Positions 28,401 through 34,619 of a stretch of DNA of 34,619 bases are shown here, piece by piece. Origin of the DNA: a virus (taxonomy: Duplodnaviria > Caudoviricetes). A model generated the notes under the pieces. That model searched no databases, was not told the DNA's origin, and worked only from the letters and a program-made list of their open reading frames with translations. Where the stretch lies: positions 1 to 34,619 of IMG/VR virus record IMGVR_UViG_3300021356_000072; one strand, given 5' to 3'. Each line of letters begins with the position of its first letter. Positions within the stretch are counted from its first letter, which is position 1. The translations under genes and the position numbers were made by a program.

Positions 28401-30127
28401 CCTTTACTAACGTACCTCTAATTACATTCAGTGGTAATGGTAGAAATGCTACTGCCGATATCACAATCGGTGCTCAAGGTGCTACAAATGGTGTCGCTAT
28501 TGCTGCAACTATCAATACTGGTGGATCTGGTTATCAGGTTGGTGATGTATTCACAGTTGGTAGCTTCGGCAATGATCAGTTAGGAAGAAATCTTCAACTG
28601 TCTCTTGGTAATGTAACTGGTATCAATGAACTGATAATTGATAACGTTCAAGGTGAATTTGAAACTAACGTTGCTAAACCACTGCAGTATATTAGTCCAA
28701 GCACAGGAATCACAACAATGGTTGCTGTTGCTGGTGGTGACATTAATGTCAGTGATTTTGAGCTTGCAACTCTTGCAGAAGATGGATTGCACATCAAGGT
28801 TAATCATAAGAACCATGGTATGCACTCTACCCTGAATACCGTAAATATTAAAGGTGTTAAGGGTGATCTTAAGGCAACAACTCTTACTGCTGAGTATACA
28901 AACTCAGACTCTGGATCAATTAGTATTGCAAGTACTATTGGTTTTGAGACATTTGAGAACGTATCCGTTGCTTCTACTAACCCTGGTTATGTAATACTTG
29001 ATGATGAAATTATCTCTTACACTGGTGTTGGGGCAGGACAACTGACTGGAATCACCAGAGGTGTTGATAATACGAGAACCTTCACGTATCCATTGAAGAC
29101 TTCTATTCAAAAGTATGAAAATAATGGTATCTCTCTAAGAAGAATCAATACCAACCATACTTTACAAGATGCTCTTGTAAATAGACCGATTACTCTTGAT
29201 TCCTACTATATTAGAATTAATACTGCTATCAATGGTGTTAATAGAAATAGTGGTTCTGGACTTTCTAAACTCTATATCAATAGTGCCAAATCTAGTGGTG
29301 GTGAACTGATGTTTGCTACACAGAACATTCAATATGAAGCAGTTAGACCTATTGTCCAAACAATGACTCTGCCAGGAACAGCAATTTCTGCAGAACTTAA
29401 GGGAATTACTGCAACTAGTGTTGATGGTAATGAGATTTCGTTTGAGGAGACTCAAAAAACTACAATCAATCTTGATGAGGATACTTATCTGACCGAACCT
29501 AGAATGATTGCTTCTAGAGTTAATGAACTCGCACAACTTGATAATCTCCCTGGCAATAAGTCCATGGAACTGACATTTACATTGTCTACAGCAAATAGCA
29601 ATGTATCTCCAGTTATTGACCTTGACCGAGTTGGTATGGTTCTTATCTCTAACAGAGTAAATGCTCCAATTACGGACTATAAGAACGACTCTAGAACTGC
29701 GTCCCTTAATGAAGATCCAACTGCGTTTATCTACGCAAATAAACCAGTAGAACTGGAAAATCCAGGAACTTCTATCAAGGTTCTTCTTGCAGGTTATGTC
29801 AACAGTTACAATGACATTAGAGCTTTCTACTCGATTAGTAACTCTCCAGAACTTGAACCACTTTATTATCCATTCCCTGGATATGATAACCTTGACACAA
29901 ATGGTAAGATTCTGGACTTTGCTGAGAGTAGTGGTCTCCCTAACAAGAGAGTTCCTAAGACAGATGTACTTGCATCTGAGAGTCAAAATCTGATTTACAA
30001 AGATTATGAATTTAGTATTGATAATCTGCCAGAGTTTAAATACTTTAGTATTAAACTTGTAGGAACCTCTACAAATCAGGCATATCCACCAAGAATCAGA
30101 GACCTCAGAGTTATCGCACTTGCATAA
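22475..30127 (+). CDS. Large virion structural protein, VrlC-like / DUF4815-type (2550 aa)
   Basis: N-terminal NLNVSPYFDDFD...VLFKPG..VQARELT, APGADRLK, RFKSGIFVDNF and DPLAQSF motifs; position between gp8 and gp13 as in cyanomyoviruses. Confidence 0.8.
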   Translation: MPQETNLNVSPYFDDFDPAKNYYRVLFKPGLPVQARELTSLQAVLQDQVEQIGTHLFKEGSIVIPGQINYNNTLFAVEVEPEYLGIPIDSYADELVNVYIRGQNSNVLAKIVFYEGTAASERGYYTFFVSYVGAGNEGKDTFDDDETLLLEDNLSTDVVNFQSGQGFANTAPINSTSIGSAVFLTEGVYFLRGTFVKVPGQTLVLDAHKSDPSYRVGLEIFEEVISSGQDNTLTDNAKGFNNYAAPGADRLKISAVLSKKPLESDKSENFVQLMLIRDGSLQHIQDRTQYNELAEELARRTYDQSGDFYVKPFSIHARESLDDRKGNNGIFTKDQLTYNNNIPSEDLGTYKISPGKAFIRGFEVDSGTVHYLDFEKTRTVKTLKDQAVNYFTGPTLTLNRTFGAPRIGFSTSSTISLRDSRIGVTSTTPAGKEIGLARVYDHALESGSYSSVASDINEWDITLYDIQPYTEISINQSTTLNVPTYIEGKSSGATAHLRFNSTTGIVTAYGTKGSFLKGEKLVFNGVDDGRISTAVTEYSVADVKSLYSSVGAGQTFNSDVKQYAKAEFSGITISPKSGSAPGISTVTSSEQLFTNVVKIGDLVSFTNSLLGSTSVKTYAKVDSITDSNNIIISGITTVPLINDGGLPTASINPSDFKILGSRFQSSTDNTLYTPLPKQFVSTVDLTKSTISIKREFNVTITANATNTIQAGENETFLPYDEERYVLINSQGGFEILTADKFRYTNGGRELRIFGLDVTGSGRLIATLSKTNVTNKVKNSIKTNSIIVNKSKLSSSGIGSTTLNDGLTYGSYGYGLRVQDREICLLEPDVIKVYGVFEANDTGVANLPSISLFNLNGPTGKTEDFVIGEEIIGQTSGAIGLFIERPNSASASIVYLNDLRFEIGESVLTETTGITGTINDFDEGDENILNRFTLDSGHRDTIVDYSRLIRKPSAKAPRRQLRIIFESAEYTDSTEGDLTTVSSYDQFDYCDLPILRDDTRLTDVIDIRPRVRQFDSNSSSVSPFEFNSRSFEDGTNSAKNILASDESILITYGHYLPRIDKLYFNPDGGFQLLKGVPSESPLPPLPIENALEVATMELPPYICNAENVSISLKSHKRYRMQDIALLEDRIKNLEYYTALSLLEAKTEALIIPDESGLTRFKSGIFVDNFTTTRNQLKAGNITNSIDPINTELRPSHFTTEVDMLIGSRSLIGIGTTANPNVSPAFVTDIVGSNYRRTGQVITINYVDSLEIQNPFATRIENVTPYLVTTYTGNIELFPTSDIWIDQVRLAPQRINVDDYTQTRLQLEFAGYDAQSGLGPVRWGAWAATWTGSSSTSTSNRVQTGSRQTQSGRTITTTNTFRTTTTTTTTRTGTENRTGERLRVSEQTEVINEGDRVVSSDVIAFMRSRNIEFTGRKFKPRTRVYGFFDGTNVNNFIVPKLLEIRMISGSFSVGETVTGTMPTSATPTVGNSTPTISFRVAQSNHKYGPINAPTDVYTLSPYDENYTIPQSYSSSSIILNVDTRTLSESNQSRYSGWVRTGMRLRGANGEAEVVDVKLVTDRIGTVIGTFFIPNPNNPTNPTFEVGTKVFRLTSSSVNSNLGGLTTTSGEEAYFASGTLNNVQETIRSTRKPRFERVAASESRPATDVQVTTAVTSSTQTSVRVLPPPPPPPPPPPPPPRPRPSAPRPNPPRPRPAPPPRPPRPPRPPRPPRPPRPPRPPRRRGKDPLAQSFSIVDDPGAFVTEVEVFFRTKDPLLPVTVQLRPMVNGYPSNEVYPFGEVILESDDVEESFDATVPTTIVFPAPVYLNGNTEHCVVLLSQSNEYTVWISRMGEVDVSTLLQAESRQVLVSAQPHLGSLFKSQNGSTWNASQYEDLKMNLYTAGFDESATVSFFNPELDRGNQQIANLPKDALEFESKRVIVTANDIIDTSNFVIGNTIVQKDANVSGDYVGAGGSATGALTIVNAGIGYTPSDGNQFTFTNVPLITFSGNGRNATADITIGAQGATNGVAIAATINTGGSGYQVGDVFTVGSFGNDQLGRNLQLSLGNVTGINELIIDNVQGEFETNVAKPLQYISPSTGITTMVAVAGGDINVSDFELATLAEDGLHIKVNHKNHGMHSTLNTVNIKGVKGDLKATTLTAEYTNSDSGSISIASTIGFETFENVSVASTNPGYVILDDEIISYTGVGAGQLTGITRGVDNTRTFTYPLKTSIQKYENNGISLRRINTNHTLQDALVNRPITLDSYYIRINTAINGVNRNSGSGLSKLYINSAKSSGGELMFATQNIQYEAVRPIVQTMTLPGTAISAELKGITATSVDGNEISFEETQKTTINLDEDTYLTEPRMIASRVNELAQLDNLPGNKSMELTFTLSTANSNVSPVIDLDRVGMVLISNRVNAPITDYKNDSRTASLNEDPTAFIYANKPVELENPGTSIKVLLAGYVNSYNDIRAFYSISNSPELEPLYYPFPGYDNLDTNGKILDFAESSGLPNKRVPKTDVLASESQNLIYKDYEFSIDNLPEFKYFSIKLVGTSTNQAYPPRIRDLRVIALA
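27464..27637 (+). repeat. Coding low-complexity tract: Pro14 followed by (PPR)n
   Basis: 14 consecutive Pro codons from 27464, then RPRPSAPRPNPPRPRPAPPPR(PPR)n...RRR. Confidence 0.95.
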
Positions 30128-30128
30128 T

Positions 30129-30341
30129 ATGGACAATAGGTATCTTAAAGTTGAGGGTCATAGTTTTCTGGTCAGAGATTCACACTCAAACGCGATTGTG
30201 AATCGAGACCAGAAAGGTTATGACACATATAAAAATCTTAAAAGAGCGAAGAGTAAGGAAAAAGAGAGACTTGATAAATTAGAAAATGATGTCAGTGAAA
30301 TCAAGGATCTCTTAATTCAATTAATAAACAAGGACAAGTAA
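30129..30341 (+). CDS. Small hypothetical protein with C-terminal coiled coil (70 aa)
   Basis: ATG30129 directly follows the upstream stop; KVEGHSFLVRD...AIVN and heptad LDKLENDVSEIKDLLIQL; its stop abuts the gp13 ATG. Confidence 0.8.
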   Translation: MDNRYLKVEGHSFLVRDSHSNAIVNRDQKGYDTYKNLKRAKSKEKERLDKLENDVSEIKDLLIQLINKDK

Positions 30342-31181
30342 ATGGCAACTCCAGCAAGCAGACAAGGACTGATTGACTACGCAAAGAGGCAACTAGGTGC
30401 TCCTGTGCTGGAGATCAATGTTGCCGATGAGCAAATCGATGATATCATCGATGATTCTCTACAATTCTTTTATGAGAGACATTTTGATGGCGTTGTTCAA
30501 ACGTTTTTGAAGTATGAAGTAACTCAAGCAGATATTGATAGAGCAAGAGCACAGGTAGGTGGAGTTGGTATTGCATCAACTCAAGCAACTGGAACTGTAG
30601 GCGGAACACCAACTACATTTAATTTTTATGAGACTGAGAATTTTATTCCTGTCCCACCTCAAATTATTGGTATTACTAAAGTGTTCCATTTTGAGGGATC
30701 TAGCAGTCTCTCCAGCGGAATGTTTAATATCAAATACCAGTTGTTCTTGAATGATCTTTACCACTTTAGTTCCATTGAACTCTTAACATATTCTATGGTT
30801 AAGAGACAATTGTCCGATATTGACTTTTTACTTACAACACAAAAACAAATACGATTTAATCAAAGACAAGATAGACTTTACATGGACATGGACTGGTCGT
30901 CCCTTGATCCTGGAGATATCTTAGTCATTGATTGTTATAGACTTCTTGATCCAAATGATTCTCCTGGAGTGTGGAATGATTCTTTCCTCAAGAAGTATAC
31001 TACTGCTGCTCTCAAGAAGCAGTGGGGTCAGAACTTAATTAAATTCCAAGGAGTAAGACTTCCTGGTGGAACAGAATTAAATGGCAGACAAATTTACGAC
31101 GATGGTGTGAGTGAGTTGAATGCTTTGATGGACAAAATGTCTTCTACATACGAACTTCCACCATTAGACATGATCGGTTAA
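30342..31181 (+). CDS. gp13: Neck protein gp13
   Basis: 279 aa; LIDYAKRQLGAPVLEINV...HFDG and QWGQNLIKFQGVRLPGG.ELNG motifs. Confidence 0.93.
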   Translation: MATPASRQGLIDYAKRQLGAPVLEINVADEQIDDIIDDSLQFFYERHFDGVVQTFLKYEVTQADIDRARAQVGGVGIASTQATGTVGGTPTTFNFYETENFIPVPPQIIGITKVFHFEGSSSLSSGMFNIKYQLFLNDLYHFSSIELLTYSMVKRQLSDIDFLLTTQKQIRFNQRQDRLYMDMDWSSLDPGDILVIDCYRLLDPNDSPGVWNDSFLKKYTTAALKKQWGQNLIKFQGVRLPGGTELNGRQIYDDGVSELNALMDKMSSTYELPPLDMIG

Positions 31182-31185
31182 TAAT

Positions 31186-32586
31186 ATGGCGTTAAATCCA
31201 TTCTTTCTCCATGGTTCTTCTGGGGAACAAAATTTAGTCCAGGATTTGGTAAACGAACAACTTAAGATGTTCGGAGTGGAGGTCTATTATCTCCCAAGAA
31301 TTTACCAGAATGAAAAAACTGTTATGGAGGAAGTGTCTCGGTCTGAGTTTACCGCAGCAATTCCTCTTGAGGCATATGTAGATACATATGATGGATTTAG
31401 TGGTGCTGGAACTTTACTGTCTAAATTTGGTGTTCAAGAAGTTGATGATTTAACAATTATCATATCAAAAGAGAGGTATGAATCTGTTGTTCAACAACAA
31501 GCAGCAGTAATTGATAAGACTAAATTAACTTCTAGACCAAAAGAAGGAGATTTAATTTACTTCCCCCTTGGTGATAGACTATTTGAGATTAAGTATGTCG
31601 AGCATGAAAAACCATTCTGGCAATTACAAAAGAATTATGTTTATGAGCTGAGATTAGAACTCTTTGCATACAATGACGAAGAGATTGATACTGGAATCTC
31701 TGAAATTGATGATAATACTCAAGATGCGGGTTACATTCAAACCTTTAATATGGTTGGTATTGGATCTACCGCAACTGCAATTACATCCCTGAGAGATGGT
31801 GGTGTAAGAAGAATTATTGTAAGCAGAAGAGGACATGGATATACAAGTGCTCCAAGAGTTGCAATTAGTTCTGCTCCATCTGGTGGTATAACTGCAGTTG
31901 GTATTGCATCAATGATTGGTGGTATTATAGATCTTTGTGATACAAGTCCAGATAATCTCAGGGTACAAAAAGTTACCATCGCAGACCCTGGGATGGGATA
32001 CACTGCTGCTCCAAGAGTTGTATTCCATGGAGGTGAAGGGTCTGGTGCATATGCAATTGCAGAAATTGCCGATAAAGTAGTTGGAATTGTAACTATAACA
32101 AGTGGTGGTAGTGGTTACATTGGTATTCCAACGGTAACTGTTGTTGCACCTGGTATTGCAAGCACTACTATTGATGCAAAGATTACTGCAAGACTATCTG
32201 GTCTTGGAACAATCACAGAACTGGTGATCGAAGATGCTGGTGGATATTACGAAGGAGTACCAGAGATTAGAATTGCTGGACCACAGAATACAGTTGGTTA
32301 CGGTACATATCTAACAAATGAAGATGTAGTTGGTTCTGCAAGTAGTGCAACTGCACGGGTTAATTCTTGGAATGCTGTAACTCAAATACTCAAATTGAAG
32401 GACATTGTTGGTGAGTTCCAGAGTGGAGAATCTATTATAGGTCAAGCAAGTGGTGCTGCTTACGCAAATATTGACCTAAATAAATTTAACGTTCCTGAAA
32501 ATGGTTACGCACAGAACGTTACCATTGAGCAGGAAGCAGATGCGATTCTTGACTTTAGTGAATCTAACCCATTTGGCAGTCCTTAG
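31186..32586 (+). CDS. gp14: Neck protein gp14 with a central repeat insertion
   Basis: EQNLVQDLVNEQLKMFG.EVYYLPR, RPKEGDLIYFP, FEIKYVEHEKPFWQL and C-terminal DFSESNPFG motifs. Confidence 0.92.
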   Translation: MALNPFFLHGSSGEQNLVQDLVNEQLKMFGVEVYYLPRIYQNEKTVMEEVSRSEFTAAIPLEAYVDTYDGFSGAGTLLSKFGVQEVDDLTIIISKERYESVVQQQAAVIDKTKLTSRPKEGDLIYFPLGDRLFEIKYVEHEKPFWQLQKNYVYELRLELFAYNDEEIDTGISEIDDNTQDAGYIQTFNMVGIGSTATAITSLRDGGVRRIIVSRRGHGYTSAPRVAISSAPSGGITAVGIASMIGGIIDLCDTSPDNLRVQKVTIADPGMGYTAAPRVVFHGGEGSGAYAIAEIADKVVGIVTITSGGSGYIGIPTVTVVAPGIASTTIDAKITARLSGLGTITELVIEDAGGYYEGVPEIRIAGPQNTVGYGTYLTNEDVVGSASSATARVNSWNAVTQILKLKDIVGEFQSGESIIGQASGAAYANIDLNKFNVPENGYAQNVTIEQEADAILDFSESNPFGSP

Positions 32587-32596
32587 GAGATAGACC

Positions 32597-33571
32597 ATGT
32601 TTGATCATTTTTATCACCAGATTTTTAGGAAGACGGTGATTGCGTTTGGAACTTTGTTCAATGGTATTGAAATCAACAGGGATGGTAATGAGATTATTAA
32701 AGTCCCCCTTGCATATGGACCCACTCAAAAATTCTTAGCGAGATTAGAGCAGCAACCTGATCTGAATAAACCGATTCAGATTAGTCTCCCAAGAATGTCA
32801 TTTGAGTTCACTGGAGTGTCATATGATAATAGTCGTAAGTTGGCGACTACACAAGCATATGCTGTAGCACCTAGAACGAATAAATCTGATATTAAAAAGA
32901 TGTTCTTCCCCGTGCCATACAATATGGCATTTGAGTTGAACATTATGACACTTTTAAATGACGATGCTTTGCAAATTGTAGAGCAAATTTTACCATACTT
33001 CCAACCAAACTTCAATCTTACAATTGACCTGATTGAATCTATTGGTGAAAAAAGAGATATTCCAATTACATTAGAGAGTGTATCCTTCGAGGACAATTAT
33101 GAAGGAGATTACACATCTAGAAGAGTATTGTTATATACTCTGAAGTTTACTGCTAAAACTTTCCTGTTTGGTCCTGTACCAGACAGCAGCAAGGACATCA
33201 TCTCCAGAGTCTCTGTTGGATTGGGTGCTGGAGATCCAAGTCCAGAAGCAAGAAGGTCTATTACATATACAACTCCTGTTGCTACAAAAGCATACAACGG
33301 AAATGTTATTACAAACCTGGCAGAAGATTTATCTGCTGCTAGTAACTTGATTAAGATTAATGATGATCAAAACATTCCAGTAAGATCCTATATTACTGTT
33401 GATGATGAGACAATGTATGTCAAAAAGAAGGATGGTGGTGAGTTAACAGTTACTCGTGGAATGTATAGAACTACAGCGGTTGAGCACGTTGAGGGTGCTG
33501 GTGTTATGTTAATTACCAGTGCTGACAATTCAGCAATCGAGGCTGGTGATGACTTTGGATTTAGTGGGTAA
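32597..33571 (+). CDS. gp15: Tail sheath stabilizer / tail terminator gp15
   Basis: FYHQIFRKTVIAFGTLFN, VPLAYGP, LPRMSFE and QIVEQILPYFQP motifs; SD AGGAG upstream. Confidence 0.93.
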   Translation: MFDHFYHQIFRKTVIAFGTLFNGIEINRDGNEIIKVPLAYGPTQKFLARLEQQPDLNKPIQISLPRMSFEFTGVSYDNSRKLATTQAYAVAPRTNKSDIKKMFFPVPYNMAFELNIMTLLNDDALQIVEQILPYFQPNFNLTIDLIESIGEKRDIPITLESVSFEDNYEGDYTSRRVLLYTLKFTAKTFLFGPVPDSSKDIISRVSVGLGAGDPSPEARRSITYTTPVATKAYNGNVITNLAEDLSAASNLIKINDDQNIPVRSYITVDDETMYVKKKDGGELTVTRGMYRTTAVEHVEGAGVMLITSADNSAIEAGDDFGFSG

Positions 33572-33576
33572 TTTGT

Positions 33577-33999
33577 ATGAGTGACAAGTTTAAGGATCTT
33601 AACGATACATTTGACGTGGAAGCGGAGATTGTAAAACCAGAGAAGGAGAAGAAGGAGATAACAAAACCTTCAGAATCTGAAGATGTAACTAAGGATTATG
33701 AATACACGAGAGGTAACCTCTATTCCATCATTGAGAAGGGACAAGAGGCGTTGGATACTGCGTTGGAACTCGCCCAAGACAGTGGACAAGCAAGACAGTT
33801 TGAAGTCGTCGGACAGTTAATTAAAAACGTTGCTGATGCAACTGACAAATTACTTGATCTTCAGAAGAAGTTGAAGGACTTGGATGCCGATGAAAAGGGT
33901 CCTACAAATGTGACTAATAATGCAATGTTCTTCGGATCTACTGCAGAGTTATCAAAGATGCTTAAGCAGCAAGCTAAAAATCTAAACGAAGATAAATAG
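33577..33999 (+). CDS. gp16: Terminase small subunit gp16
   Basis: 140 aa; DYEYTRGNLYSIIEKGQEA...FEVVGQLIK...FFGSTAEL; follows gp15. Confidence 0.9.
   Translation: MSDKFKDLNDTFDVEAEIVKPEKEKKEITKPSESEDVTKDYEYTRGNLYSIIEKGQEALDTALELAQDSGQARQFEVVGQLIKNVADATDKLLDLQKKLKDLDADEKGPTNVTNNAMFFGSTAELSKMLKQQAKNLNEDK
33991..33998 (+). promoter_or_regulatory. T4-type late promoter (GATAAATA)
   Basis: At the gp16 3' end, about 21 nt before ATG34020. Confidence 0.7.
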
Positions 34000-34019
34000 A
34001 AAAAAAGTGTTTTCTAGAG

Positions 34020-34619
34020 ATGCCTAGTTTTGAAATCAACCCTAACGCGAAGAAGGGTTCCGAGAGAGATAAGAAACTCCAGAATAGAGCAGACGCTGGC
34101 GGTGTTGAAGGAAGAACTGCTGCAAAGATGCTGCAAAAGAAAGGTAAAGGACCTTCCCTCCCTGGACGCACTCAAGACATGAAAAAAGTGTCTGAAGAGG
34201 AAGTCGTACCTGGTATCAAACTTGTTGATGTCATTCTCGGTGAAGAGAAGTGCGGTAAGGGTATGTACTACTGCTACACTGATAAGAAGTGTAAGAAAAT
34301 GCCTGAGGGTCTGAAGATGACTGCACGCTTTGGTGGCGGTGGTCATGAACCTCAAGAAGTTGGTATCGACAAACCTGTAGAAGGTGGTGATGGTGGCAAC
34401 GGTGGTAATGGTGGTGGAACTAGTGAGTCCCTATCCATTGAAGATGCTTTTGGTAACAAGTTTATGGAAGTGGTTGATCTGATCAAACCAGAAGATATCA
34501 CTGAGAAGTGCTGGAAGGGATATAAGAAGAAGGGAATGAAGACTATGTTCGGTAAGAGATATCCAAACTGCGTCAAAGCAAATGAGGAGAATAAATTGAC
34601 CGATGATGCTTTAGAAAAA
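34020..34619 (+). CDS. Hypothetical late protein, truncated by the window end; Lys/Glu/Gly-rich with short Cys motifs
   Basis: Translated by hand as open for 200 codons (MPSFEINPNAKK...KCGKGMYYCYTDKKCKK...KCWKGYKKKGMKTMFGKRYPNCVK...). Not in the ORF track because it has no stop in the window. Confidence 0.85.
   Translation, partial: MPSFEINPNAKKGSERDKKLQNRADAGGVEGRTAAKMLQKKGKGPSLPGRTQDMKKVSEEEVVPGIKLVDVILGEEKCGKGMYYCYTDKKCKKMPEGLKMTARFGGGGHEPQEVGIDKPVEGGDGGNGGNGGGTSESLSIEDAFGNKFMEVVDLIKPEDITEKCWKGYKKKGMKTMFGKRYPNCVKANEENKLTDDALEK

Noticed and set aside
29162-30136. 324-aa minus-strand ORF and the other short antisense ORFs inside gp7 and the 2550-aa gene
   Set aside because: Ile/Ser/Cys-rich shadow translations expected from the codon bias of the sense genes; no promoters, ribosome-binding sites or motifs seen.
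1-34619. tRNA, rRNA, integrase or transposase genes
   Set aside because: None recognised by eye. A tRNA or covariance-model scan of 378-750 and 1772-2210 would be needed to exclude small RNAs.

Overview
The window is part of a T4-like (myovirus) phage genome, most likely a cyanophage. All credible genes are on the + strand. About 1-2.2 kb is a GC-richer region with a few small genes behind host sigma70-type promoters, including a putative HhH-type DNA glycosylase. It is dense in cis-elements: a 25-bp-period repeat, three Fur-box-like palindromes, a repeated TGTGCCAGTT-N3/4-GATTGGCACA-type palindrome, two perfect TTTTCCACA DnaA boxes beside a GATC cluster, a terminator, LysR-like sites and A-tracts. 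About 2.2-4.6 kb holds small hypothetical genes and a GT-A glycosyltransferase-like gene. About 4.7-34.6 kb is the late virion module: gp25, gp6, a 4618-aa gp7-like protein, gp8, a 2550-aa VrlC/DUF4815-like protein, gp13, gp14, gp15, gp16 and a truncated Cys-motif protein, with T4-type late promoters (TAAATA). The most interesting observations are (1) the 5' cluster of apparent host-regulator sites (origin, regulatory hub or decoy), (2) five apparently nested 'Russian-doll' repeat domains in gp7, and (3) a Pro14/(PPR)n tract in the 2550-aa protein. All family assignments come from recognising motifs and gene order by eye; no searches were run.
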